This document shows positions 1 through 8,740 of a stretch of 64,000 nucleotides of DNA, in pieces; positions within the stretch are counted from its first letter, which is position 1; the number at the start of each line of letters is the position of its first letter. The stretch is from an uncultured Alphaproteobacteria bacterium (GTDB taxonomy: Bacteria > Pseudomonadota > Alphaproteobacteria > CAAHEQ01 > UBA3637). Where the stretch lies: assembly GCA_934202735.1 (NCBI GenBank), contig CAKPYH010000002.1, forward strand, positions 42,945 to 106,944. The letters run 5' to 3'. A program made the position numbers and the translations under genes. The notes under the pieces are model-generated. The model was not told where the DNA came from. It worked only from the letters and a program-made list of their open reading frames with translations, and searched no databases.

Positions 1-620
1 CGGCGTTTGGATTGACACATGATCGGCATGGCAAACAGGAAAAAAGATATCAATACGGTATAGTTCAATCCCATCACCCCTAACCAAGCCCCCAGGGCCG
101 TTATCATTTTAACATCGCCGGCCCCTAATTCCGGGCGTTCAAACAGGCCTAACAACAAAACCGATACCGTAGCAATCAAATAACCGAAGACGGCCCCGGT
201 TATACCGGCCATAGGTGTGGTTTCGTGGCATAAACAAGACATCATAAAGCCCGATAAAAGCAAGGGAACAGTAAAAAAATCCGGCAGTAAAAAATAACGT
301 TCATCAATAAAAATACAAAATCCGATTAAAACACAAAAGACGCACCCCCATACGGCTAATTCCCCTCCAATCAAGCGGTGTGAAAGAACAAATAAGACCG
401 CCATGGTTAAACCCCACAGAATGGAAATGAACCCCAGTTTTTTCCATTTGCTTATCAGACGGTGGCGTTGAGAGGCAAATATCACCCGCGGAAAATGCGG
501 ACGATGCCATAAACGCAGGAGAGCCAATCCCGGATCTGCCGGTAAAATCTTACCGAACCGTCCGGCCGTTATGGGTAATAACAGTCCTGTGATAAATCCG
601 ATACAGGCGAATAAAGACAT
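1..620 (-). CDS. Prepilin (leader) peptidase, A24 family; partial, its 3' end lies beyond the window start
   Basis: Minus-strand translation by hand (not in ORF track because it crosses the edge): MSLFACIGFITG...FIDERYFLLPDFFTVPLLL...ELGAGDVKMITALGAWLG. The LLPD and GxGDVK(L/M)xxAxGxWLG motifs are the two catalytic-Asp signatures of PilD/TadV-type aspartic peptidases. The N-terminal domain has no Cys. Confidence 0.6.
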   Translation of the reverse strand, partial: MSLFACIGFITGLLLPITAGRFGKILPADPGLALLRLWHRPHFPRVIFASQRHRLISKWKKLGFISILWGLTMAVLFVLSHRLIGGELAVWGCVFCVLIGFCIFIDERYFLLPDFFTVPLLLSGFMMSCLCHETTPMAGITGAVFGYLIATVSVLLLGLFERPELGAGDVKMITALGAWLGVMGLNYTVLISFFLFAMPIMCQSKR

Positions 621-738
621 TTTGCATTTTCCTTTCATTTGTGTTATAAATAAAAAACGGTTGTTATGCAAGATTTTTCTTTCAATTTTGCTAAAAAAAA
701 GGTATACTCGTCTTGGTTCAAACAAAAGGAGAACAAAA

Positions 739-1194
739 ATGATTCGGGAACAAATAAAAGCGAAGTTAATTGAATCTATGAAGGCCAAAGATGAACAGGC
801 TACCGGCACATTGCGTTTAATCAATGCTGCCATCAAAGATAAAGATATAGAAGCCCGTCCCAAAGGGAATCCGAACGGAATTGACGATTCGGCCGTGATG
901 AGTTTGTTGCAATCTATGATTAAACAACGCAAAGAAAGTATTGAAATGTACCGTCAAGGTCATCGGGATGATTTGGCAGCCAAAGAACAGGCCGAAGTAG
1001 ATATTATTCAGTCTTTCTTACCTCAACAAATGACAGAAGAAGAAATGAAGGTGGCGATTCGGGACGTGATTACACAAACGGGGGCGACCTCTGTCAAAGA
1101 TATGGGAAAAGTCATGGGAACCGTCAAAGCCAAGTATGCCGGCCGCATGGATATGGGCCGGGCATCGGGTTTGATTAAAGCCGCGTTGGCCTAG
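739..1194 (+). CDS. yqeY: GatB/YqeY domain protein
   Basis: The ORF 571..1194 contains an internal Met (MIREQIKAKLIESMKAKD...) preceded by AAGGAG-like RBS; sequence typical of YqeY family. Confidence 0.75.
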   Translation: MIREQIKAKLIESMKAKDEQATGTLRLINAAIKDKDIEARPKGNPNGIDDSAVMSLLQSMIKQRKESIEMYRQGHRDDLAAKEQAEVDIIQSFLPQQMTEEEMKVAIRDVITQTGATSVKDMGKVMGTVKAKYAGRMDMGRASGLIKAALA

Positions 1195-1209
1195 GGGTTT
1201 GTGATACCG

Positions 1210-2955
1210 ATGATGATACCGCCGCAATTTTTAGATGAACTGCGCGATAAAGTGTTGCTTTCTACCCTGATCGGGCGCAAGGTCAAATTGACTCGTCGGG
1301 GCAGGGAGTACACGGGCCTGTGCCCGTTTCATCATGAAAAAACACCGTCTTTTACCATCAATGATGACAAGGGGTTTTATCATTGTTTCGGGTGTGGGGC
1401 GCACGGTGATATTATTCGTTATTTGATGGAAGCCGAAAAAATGCCGTTTATGGAAGCGGTGGAACATTTGGCGGCTCTTGCCGGTATGAAAGTGCCTCAA
1501 CCGTCTCCGGAACAACGTCAAATGGAACAAATGCGCGGAAATTTGACGGCCGTGATGGAAGAAGCCTGTACATTTTTTCAGACACAATTATTCGGTATGG
1601 GTGGTACACGGGCTAAAAATTATTTGATCGGACGGGGTATATCCGGAACGGTGGCTAAACAGTTTCGCCTGGGGTACGCCCCCAGCGGATCGGCACTAAC
1701 GCAACATTTACAGGCCAAAGGATACGATATGTCCGTGTGCCAGAAACTAGGAATTGTGGCCAAAAATCAAAAAACCGGACAGTGGCACGATTATTTTTAT
1801 GATCGCGTCATGTTTCCGATTTTGGATCGTCGGCGGCGAGTGATCGGCTTTGGCGGTCGTATGATGGAAAAGGGGGAACCCAAATATCTGAACTCACCGG
1901 AAACGGCATTGTTTCACAAAGGGGAACAATTATATGCGTTGCCCAATGCTCTGGATACAATACGTCATGAAAATACGGCCGTTTTGGTGGAAGGTTATAT
2001 GGATGTGATTGCCTTGCACTCGGCGGGTTTTACGCAAGCGGTTGCGCCTTTGGGAACTGCCTTAACGGAAAGTCAAATAAAAATTTTATGGCAATCGTGT
2101 GATGAACCGATGATTTGTTTTGATGGTGATGCGGCCGGACAAAAAGCGGCGACACGGGCTTTATATCGGGCCTTACCGATTTTAACGGCGGGTAAATCGT
2201 TGCGTTTTGTGACGTTGCCGACACCGTATGACCCCGATGATATTATTCGGAAAAAATCGCCAGAGGCTTTTGCGGAGCTCTTGAAAGAATCCACCGGTTT
2301 TTCCGATTTTTTATGGGAACGTATTTTGGCGGCACATACATTAGACACCCCTGAAAAGATGGCTTTATTGGAAAAAGATATTCGGATAACATTGGATAAA
2401 ATTATGGATCCCGTTGTCAAAGGATATTATCAAAAGGATTTCAAAAATCGGCTGTGGAAGTTAACGCATACACCCCGAACCGGATCCAATCATCGGTCGG
2501 TGCGCACGGTGCCGATTCATACACCGACTCCGGGATTGGCCGATGCGCGGATGATGTTGGCGTACGTTTTAATGTACCCGTCAGTAGCGGAGCCGATGAT
2601 GGAGACGATTGCCGCAATTCGGTTGCCCGATCGCGTGCTGGGGGATATTTTGGGGCAAATTGCGCGTGTCTTTTTAGAAAACTCTGATGTATCACCTGAA
2701 GCATTACAGGACGCTTTAAGTGAAGAAAGTCGCCGGGTATTATCGGCCGAGTTGGAAATGATACGTAAGAAGAACTTGCCGGCCGGGGATATTCAAGGCG
2801 TTTTACAACAGATTATCCGCGATACGCATCGCCGTCTTTTGCAAAATGAGATAGACCAAAAAACGGATCAGTATTTTCAAAATCCCGATGCGGAAGTTTG
2901 GGAAAACATAAAAAGCCTGAAAAAAGAGATTGAAAACCTGACTGAAAGTGAATAA
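1210..2955 (+). CDS. dnaG: DNA primase
   Basis: CPFHHEKTPSFTINDDKGFYHCFGCGAHGD zinc-ribbon, TOPRIM region (EGYMDVIAL), directly upstream of rpoD; start ATG 1210 preferred over GTG 1201. Confidence 0.9.
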   Translation: MMIPPQFLDELRDKVLLSTLIGRKVKLTRRGREYTGLCPFHHEKTPSFTINDDKGFYHCFGCGAHGDIIRYLMEAEKMPFMEAVEHLAALAGMKVPQPSPEQRQMEQMRGNLTAVMEEACTFFQTQLFGMGGTRAKNYLIGRGISGTVAKQFRLGYAPSGSALTQHLQAKGYDMSVCQKLGIVAKNQKTGQWHDYFYDRVMFPILDRRRRVIGFGGRMMEKGEPKYLNSPETALFHKGEQLYALPNALDTIRHENTAVLVEGYMDVIALHSAGFTQAVAPLGTALTESQIKILWQSCDEPMICFDGDAAGQKAATRALYRALPILTAGKSLRFVTLPTPYDPDDIIRKKSPEAFAELLKESTGFSDFLWERILAAHTLDTPEKMALLEKDIRITLDKIMDPVVKGYYQKDFKNRLWKLTHTPRTGSNHRSVRTVPIHTPTPGLADARMMLAYVLMYPSVAEPMMETIAAIRLPDRVLGDILGQIARVFLENSDVSPEALQDALSEESRRVLSAELEMIRKKNLPAGDIQGVLQQIIRDTHRRLLQNEIDQKTDQYFQNPDAEVWENIKSLKKEIENLTESE

Positions 2956-3029
2956 AAAAGTTGACTTTTATTTGAAAATGAATATAATAAGTAAAATTTG
3001 TTTTATTCTGAAAAGAGAGCTGACCCACC

Positions 3030-5078
3030 ATGACTTCTATTTTATTGAATGAAGAAAATCAATCTGACACCTTTGATATGGATGTGACGGACCCGAAGTA
3101 TCAGGTTCAGGAACTCATTGAACAGGGAAAAGAACGTGGATTTATTTCCATGAGTGTTCTGAAAAAAGCTATTCCACCCGAATCGTTGAATGAAGAAGTC
3201 TTTGAAACGATTTTGGCTTCGTTTGCCGATATGGGAATCAATGTTGTGGATGGTAGTGAGGATATTACCGATCTGACCGAAGACAATTCGGGTCGTTCTT
3301 TAACCGCGGCCAGCGAGGCCTTGCCGGAAGATACCGGTGCCCGTATCAACGATCCGGTCCGTTTGTACTTGCGTGAAATGGGGGCGGTGGAGTTATTGTC
3401 GCGTGCCGGGGAAATTGCGATTGCCAAGCGCATTACGGCGGGAACTCGGGTGATGATGTGGGGATTGACGGAAAGTCCCTTGACCAAAAAATCACTCTTG
3501 TTATGGAAAGAAAGATTGGATAACGGTGAAATGCTGTTGCGGGATCTGATCGATCTGGAAACAACCATGGAAGCCAATCCCAATAAAGAACAGATGGAAA
3601 AGGCCGAAAAAATTCGGAAAGAAGCTAATGCCGATTTGGAACGTTTGGAACGTGCCGGACAAACTGCATCGGGTAAACTCTCAAAAGGACAAGCCATTGA
3701 ACCCAAAACCGAAAAACCGGATCCCGAATTGAATGATATTGATGAATTTGATGTGGAACCCGAACCGCGTGAAGAAGATGATGCCGATGATGACGATGAT
3801 AATGAAGGTATCCTGTCCATCGGTCAAATGGAAGAAAACCTGCGTCCGCAAATCGTTCAAATTCTGAATAAAATTCAATCTTTGTATGTCAAGTTTGATA
3901 AAGTACAACAGGATCGGGTGAATTGCTTGCGTAAAGGCAAGGCGATTTCGGCTGCACTGGGGGCATCCTATAAACAAATTGTGAACGATATTACAACCTG
4001 TATACAGGAGCTGCATCTCAATCCGGCTCGGATAGAAGAATTGATTGAACAAATCAATGAAACGAATCAAAAACTGATGATGTTGGAAGGCAAATTGCTG
4101 CGCTTGTCCATGGCATCTAAAATTGATCGGGATGATTTTTTGAACTTGTATCAAGAAAGCGAAACAAGTGATAAATGGATTGAAAAAGCGGCCAAAAAGG
4201 ATAAAAAGTGGAAAGCTTTTGTTGCATCTCATCAATCTGAAATCAATGACTTGTGGAACGCGATTAAAGATATTGTTGAAGAAAACAAAATGCCTGTTTC
4301 CGAATTTCGCAAGCTGGTGGTTACGGTTAAAAAAGGGCGGCGTGAAACCAATAAAGCCAAACAAGAAATGATTGAAGCCAACCTGCGTTTGGTCATCTCT
4401 ATCTCTAAGAAATATACGAATCGCGGTTTACAGTTTTTGGACTTGATTCAGGAAGGTAATATCGGCTTGATGAAAGCGGTGGATAAGTTTGAATATCAAC
4501 GTGGGTATAAATTTTCTACGTATGCAACCTGGTGGATACGTCAATCCATTACACGCGCGATTGCGGATCAGGCGCGCACCATTCGTATTCCGGTACACAT
4601 GATTGAAACCATCAATAAAATGTTGCGGACCAGTCGTCAAATGATGTTGGAAACAGGGCATGAGCCGACACCGGAAGAGTTAGCACCGCGGGTCAATATG
4701 CCGGTGGAAAAAATTAAAAAAGTCATGAAAATTGCCAAGGAGCCGATTTCTTTAGAAACGCCTGTCGGTGATGAAGAAGATAGTCATTTGGGCGATTTTA
4801 TTGAGGATAAAAACACGTTGCAACCGCTGGAAGCTACGATTCAAACAAACTTGCGACAATCGTGTACGGCGGTGTTGTCTACCCTATCGCCTCGGGAAGA
4901 ACGGGTTTTGCGTATGCGTTTCGGAATCGGTATGAATTCTGATCATACGTTGGAAGAAGTCGGGTTGCAATTTGCCGTGACGCGTGAACGAATACGCCAA
5001 ATTGAAGCCAAAGCGTTGCGTAAATTAAAGCACCCCAGCCGTTCCCGTCGGTTGCGTAGTTTCTTGGAAGACGGCTAG
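3030..5078 (+). CDS. rpoD: RNA polymerase sigma-70 factor RpoD
   Basis: 682 aa; conserved regions 2-4 ([19 protein letters not shown]..., [16 protein letters not shown]), acidic N-terminal insertion; dnaG-rpoD synteny. Confidence 0.95.
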   Translation: MTSILLNEENQSDTFDMDVTDPKYQVQELIEQGKERGFISMSVLKKAIPPESLNEEVFETILASFADMGINVVDGSEDITDLTEDNSGRSLTAASEALPEDTGARINDPVRLYLREMGAVELLSRAGEIAIAKRITAGTRVMMWGLTESPLTKKSLLLWKERLDNGEMLLRDLIDLETTMEANPNKEQMEKAEKIRKEANADLERLERAGQTASGKLSKGQAIEPKTEKPDPELNDIDEFDVEPEPREEDDADDDDDNEGILSIGQMEENLRPQIVQILNKIQSLYVKFDKVQQDRVNCLRKGKAISAALGASYKQIVNDITTCIQELHLNPARIEELIEQINETNQKLMMLEGKLLRLSMASKIDRDDFLNLYQESETSDKWIEKAAKKDKKWKAFVASHQSEINDLWNAIKDIVEENKMPVSEFRKLVVTVKKGRRETNKAKQEMIEANLRLVISISKKYTNRGLQFLDLIQEGNIGLMKAVDKFEYQRGYKFSTYATWWIRQSITRAIADQARTIRIPVHMIETINKMLRTSRQMMLETGHEPTPEELAPRVNMPVEKIKKVMKIAKEPISLETPVGDEEDSHLGDFIEDKNTLQPLEATIQTNLRQSCTAVLSTLSPREERVLRMRFGIGMNSDHTLEEVGLQFAVTRERIRQIEAKALRKLKHPSRSRRLRSFLEDG

Positions 5079-5112
5079 TTTTTCCGTATAAGGTTTTCGT
5101 TGCAGCATACAG

Positions 5113-5146
5113 AAAACAGGTATCCCGGCGTACCTGTTTTCTTTAA
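5113..5146 (+). terminator. Rho-independent terminator after rpoD
   Basis: aaaacaggta-tcccggcg-tacctgt hairpin followed by TTTCTTT. Confidence 0.5.
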
Positions 5147-5302
5147 TCGGTTTTTATATTTAGCCATCGGGCATACGGTCGGAATCCGCTTCATTCTTGT
5201 TTGTCATATCATCATTGGTCATTTTTCAAAAAATAAGTCTATATAATTCAAAGGAATAGGTCCGATAGACAACCCTTACGGGTATTGTGTTGATATTTAG
5301 TA

Positions 5303-5331
5303 TTGCAAACAACATTAAAGTGTGATACAAT
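5303..5331 (+). promoter_or_regulatory. Sigma70-type promoter of RHH gene (TTGCAA-17-TACAAT)
   Basis: Near-consensus -35/-10 with 17-bp spacer 28 bp upstream of an AAAGGAGG RBS; duplicated with copy B. Confidence 0.45.
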
Positions 5332-5358
5332 CGCCTTATCCACCAAAGGAGGTTTCGG

Positions 5359-5637
5359 ATGTTTTTTTGTAAAACGGTTATGGTCAATGGTCGGCGCACC
5401 AGCGTGCGTTTGCTGCGACAAACATGGGTCTATATCAACGAAATTTGTATGAACGAGAACACAACCATTCATTATCTGTGTTCCCGGTTAGATCAGGAAC
5501 GGGGACGTATGGGGTTGTCTACGGCGGTACGCATGTTTGCGCTAACGTATTATCGTGATAAGTGTCAAGCCTACAAGCATCAACTGGATTGTTTGTCTTT
5601 GCGTCAAAAAAAGCCCCATCAAGCCTCTAACGGTTAG
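5359..5637 (+). CDS. Small ribbon-helix-helix DNA-binding protein (COG4321-like), copy 1
   Basis: 92 aa; GRRTSVRLLRQTWVYINEIC...LSTAVRMFALTYYR resembles RHH-domain proteins; strong RBS and promoter. Confidence 0.55.
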   Translation: MFFCKTVMVNGRRTSVRLLRQTWVYINEICMNENTTIHYLCSRLDQERGRMGLSTAVRMFALTYYRDKCQAYKHQLDCLSLRQKKPHQASNG

Positions 5638-5683
5638 TCAGGCCAAGGCCCCGTTCTTGGCTTATAATATATTGACGCTTCTC

Positions 5684-5738
5684 CCTGGATTCCCGATTTC
5701 TTATGAATGACAAGAGAGAAAAACCGGAAATGACAGGG
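5684..5738 (+). repeat. Degenerate right-end module of the MITE-like repeat family (see 47803..47998)
   Basis: cctggattcccgatttcttatgaatgacaag ~80% similar to cctggatttccgctttcgcgtgaatgacaaa at 47960..47998. Confidence 0.4.
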
Positions 5739-5794
5739 CATTACATAAATGATGATCAACACACATGGGTCGTTTGAACAGGTTTCTGTTTTTG

Positions 5795-6292
5795 TCAGGC
5801 GACTCGTGAACGTTTGGCCCATAATCGGCGTAAAGATATTTCTCTATCGGTTTTGGATTTTTGTGCATCAGAGTGCGAATGGGCCCGCAAAGTGTTTTTC
5901 ATCTTAGATTTTGAAACACTGTCTACATGTTTGTTTTCCTGTGCCAAGTGTTCGCTTTTGATATAAATAGCTTGTTTAGTCAGACGTTGCTGCATAGGGG
6001 CTAATTTATTAAAGTTGTCCGCGATCATTTCAGCCGTCTGTACGGGTAAACCATCGGCCTTTTGCTTGGCCTGTACATCCTGCACCAAAGCATTCAAGAG
6101 TTCTTGATGTTGCTTCTGCTGTAATTCATAGTGTTCTTTCCCGTAGGACATACCGTGCGTCCGGTATTCTTGGGCCGGGGCTACACGGGATTGGATCGTC
6201 CCTTGTGCCAGGGGGGTCAAGATGTTTTTTTCATAATAGGCTTCTATTTTTTTACGCTTGATTTTATTTGCCGGGGATGTTTGTTTGATCAT
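5795..6292 (-). CDS. Hypothetical protein (Gln/Lys-rich, no recognisable domain)
   Basis: 165-aa ORF with GGAGG RBS 6 nt upstream; lies between RHH copy A and 3' end of tRNA-Arg. Confidence 0.4.
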   Translation of the reverse strand: MIKQTSPANKIKRKKIEAYYEKNILTPLAQGTIQSRVAPAQEYRTHGMSYGKEHYELQQKQHQELLNALVQDVQAKQKADGLPVQTAEMIADNFNKLAPMQQRLTKQAIYIKSEHLAQENKHVDSVSKSKMKNTLRAHSHSDAQKSKTDREISLRRLWAKRSRVA

Positions 6293-6401
6293 GGTGCCTC
6301 CGTGAGTACATTCCTATTATATCACGCAAGTGAATGTTTGACAAGTTTTTTGCATTGAATCGTAAAAGCGGGGCTTTACATACCCTGTAAAACCCCGATA
6401 A

Positions 6402-6478
6402 TGGCGATCCCGGCAGGACTTGAACTTGCGACCCACAGCTTAGAAGGCTGTTGCTCTATCCAGCTGAGCTACGGGACC
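6402..6478 (-). tRNA. tRNA-Arg (anticodon TCT)
   Basis: Reverse complement GGTCCCGTAGCTCAGCTGGATAGAGCAACAGCCTTCTAAGCTGTGGGTCGCAAGTTCAAGTCCTGCCGGGATCGCCA folds as cloverleaf; anticodon loop CTTCTAA; 7-bp acceptor stem; T-loop GTTCAAGTC. Confidence 0.85.
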
Positions 6479-6513
6479 ATGCAGTGCATCATACACGAAA
6501 GCGGGGGGATTTG

Positions 6514-7287
6514 TCAAGTTGTTTTTAAGATTTCATCCAGTCCCATCCCGTTTCGCAACAGATGTTCTGCCACTTGTGTACGGGTGTTGGTTGCGGTATG
6601 CATCGTTAAAGGCGGGTACAGGCGTAAAGGGCGGTGGCTGTCCAGACGGCCCCGTACGATGATTCGTCCCGCAGATTCCTGTATATGTCCGTGAACGGGA
6701 ATGATGTCTATGGCCCCCAGTTTCCCGTTTAACAGGGATAACAAAGTCGGTAATTCTTGTGTGCGGTGGATGAGTGTCAGTGTTCCTTTGGCACGAATAT
6801 GGCGCAGGCAAAAAGCAATCCAGTCAGCCAGAGAGACTTTTTGGTGGTAAGCGGTGGCTGTTTGCGGACACGTCCGGTGTTTGGTTTCGGTATAAAAGGG
6901 AGGATTGCTGACCACATGGTGAAATTGACGACCGTGAATTGGCGAAGGTTTGTCCGCTACATTCCCTAAAACCGGGCGAAAGCAGATACCGTGCCTGTGT
7001 GCATTTTCTGTCGCGAGACGCAGCAGCTCATCTTGAATCTCAAAACCGGTTATATCTAAATGATCGGCGCGGGTGGATATGCAACAAGGAATAATACCAC
7101 CACCGCATCCGACATCCAAAACGGTATCACCGGTTTGAACAGGGACGGCCGCCGCCACCAAAACAGAATCCGATGTTGCCCGCAAGCCGTTCAGGGGTTG
7201 CATCAGGTGTATTTTACCGCCTAAAAAATCATCGGTTGTTATTTCTGTCATTCCTGCTATGTTAGCCGTATTTATGCGATTTGTCAA
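6514..7287 (-). CDS. SAM-dependent N6-adenine methyltransferase, TrmN6/YfiC-like
   Basis: VLDVGCGGGI SAM motif I and NPPF motif IV. Confidence 0.65.
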   Translation of the reverse strand: MTNRINTANIAGMTEITTDDFLGGKIHLMQPLNGLRATSDSVLVAAAVPVQTGDTVLDVGCGGGIIPCCISTRADHLDITGFEIQDELLRLATENAHRHGICFRPVLGNVADKPSPIHGRQFHHVVSNPPFYTETKHRTCPQTATAYHQKVSLADWIAFCLRHIRAKGTLTLIHRTQELPTLLSLLNGKLGAIDIIPVHGHIQESAGRIIVRGRLDSHRPLRLYPPLTMHTATNTRTQVAEHLLRNGMGLDEILKTT

Positions 7288-7387
7288 TGTTCATACATAG
7301 AAAAGAAGATATTTTGAAAAAAAGACTTGCATTTTATGTAAAAAAGGGTTAAAATCAAACCCGCAATTTTTTGATAAGGAGATTAAA

Positions 7388-7621
7388 ATGCCATCAGTAG
7401 TGAATGATTCTTGCGTTTTGTGCAAGTCTTGTGTAGAAGTTTGTCCTGTTGCCGCATTCCATGATGCGGGAACTCAGGTTGTTGTGGATCCGGATACCTG
7501 CATTGATTGCGGTGTCTGCATTTCCGAATGTCCGCAAGGGGCGATTCAACCGGCCGATGAAGCCGATGCCAAGTGGGTTGCCTTTAATGCGGAAAAAGCC
7601 GCCGAATGTCCGGCTGCTTAA
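7388..7621 (+). CDS. fdxA: 2x[4Fe-4S]-type ferredoxin
   Basis: Two CxxCxxCxxxCP motifs (CVLCKSCVEVCP, CIDCGVCISECP); AAGGAG RBS. Confidence 0.85.
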   Translation: MPSVVNDSCVLCKSCVEVCPVAAFHDAGTQVVVDPDTCIDCGVCISECPQGAIQPADEADAKWVAFNAEKAAECPAA

Positions 7622-7669
7622 AACCGAGAAACTAGGGAAAAGGCTCTGTTGACAGGGCCTTTTTTTATC

Positions 7670-8617
7670 ATGTCAGTATATTCCGTCACATCCGATAATA
7701 TGGAAAAAGCTGCCCGATTGATTCGGGACGGCGGTTTGGTGGCATTTCCAACAGAAACGGTCTATGGATTGGGGGCAAACGCGTATAATGCAACGGCCGT
7801 TGCCCATATTTTTCAGGCCAAGAACAGACCGACTTTCAATCCTTTGATTTCGCATATTGCTGATGCGGACGCGTTGAAGGGGTATGCTCAAACCGATTCG
7901 CGGGTGATGGCGTTGGTCAAACATTTTTGGCCGGGGCCTTTGACTTTTGTATTAAAACGCTTAGATATGTCGCCGTCTTTGGATTTGGCCTGTGCGGGAT
8001 TACCGACTGTAACGGTGCGTATGCCTAATCATCCGGTGGCGTTGGATTTGATCCGGCGGGCAGGGGTCCCGGTTGTAGCCCCATCGGCCAATCGGTCGCA
8101 ATCTATCAGTCCGACCACCGCCGGTCATGTATGGGACAGTTTGGGGAATCGGGTGGATATGATATTGGATGGCGGTCCTTGTGCGGTTGGTGTGGAATCT
8201 ACGATTATTGATTTAACCGGTCCGCAAGTTGTGATGTTGCGTCCCGGTGGCGTAGCACGCGAAGTGTTGCAGGATTTTTTAAATGAACCGGTTTTGTTAT
8301 CGCACGGAAATCCGGATTTACCCCGTTCACCGGGACAGATGTTGAAACATTATGCGCCGTTGCATGCCTTTCGGATCAATGTGGTGGAACCTGAATCGGA
8401 TGAATTCTTTATCGGTTTTGGGACCGTTGGGCTAAACGCGCCTTTGAATTTAAGTCCGTCCGGAAATTTATGTGAAGCGGCGGCGCATTTATTTGATTAT
8501 ATGCATCGGGCCGATGCACAGACGATGTATGATAAAATTGCCATGGCTCCTATTCCCGAAACGGGCTTGGGATTAGCCATCAATGACCGTATTCGGCGGG
8601 CATCGTACAAAAAATAA
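7670..8617 (+). CDS. tsaC: L-threonylcarbamoyladenylate synthase (Sua5/YciO/YrdC family)
   Basis: GGLVAFPTETVYGLGANA YrdC signature plus C-terminal Sua5 domain; start after ferredoxin terminator hairpin. Confidence 0.85.
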   Translation: MSVYSVTSDNMEKAARLIRDGGLVAFPTETVYGLGANAYNATAVAHIFQAKNRPTFNPLISHIADADALKGYAQTDSRVMALVKHFWPGPLTFVLKRLDMSPSLDLACAGLPTVTVRMPNHPVALDLIRRAGVPVVAPSANRSQSISPTTAGHVWDSLGNRVDMILDGGPCAVGVESTIIDLTGPQVVMLRPGGVAREVLQDFLNEPVLLSHGNPDLPRSPGQMLKHYAPLHAFRINVVEPESDEFFIGFGTVGLNAPLNLSPSGNLCEAAAHLFDYMHRADAQTMYDKIAMAPIPETGLGLAINDRIRRASYKK

Positions 8618-8740
8618 GTCACAAAGAAAATAGCCCTTTCGGGGTATCAACAAGTTTTTTTCATTTTTTTGCCTTTTTTTGTTGCAAAAAAACACAATTT
8701 TTTGTATTGATAACTATATTGTTCAAAAAGGAGTTTAGAA

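Larger units (their letters stand above)
5224..5660. repeat. Copy A of ~440-bp inverted duplication (partner at 24440..24880)
   Basis: Near-identical sequence (only a few mismatches) to reverse complement of 24440..24880; encoded proteins differ only in last ~8 residues. Confidence 0.8.

Noticed and set aside
571-738. N-terminal extension of the yqeY ORF (MGNNSPVINPIQ...)
   Set aside because: It overlaps the 5' end of the minus-strand prepilin peptidase and has no RBS; an internal Met with an RBS gives a canonical-length YqeY.
3107-4364. Long antisense ORFs (237 aa and 227 aa) inside rpoD
   Set aside because: They lie entirely within, and opposite to, the highly conserved rpoD frame. Low-complexity Ser/Phe-rich translations are typical of the reverse strand of an acidic-repeat coding region.
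5248-5472. 74-aa ORF antisense to each RHH copy (also 24630..24854)
   Set aside because: It is duplicated only because the repeat is duplicated. It lacks a promoter/RBS, and the sense frame has strong expression signals.
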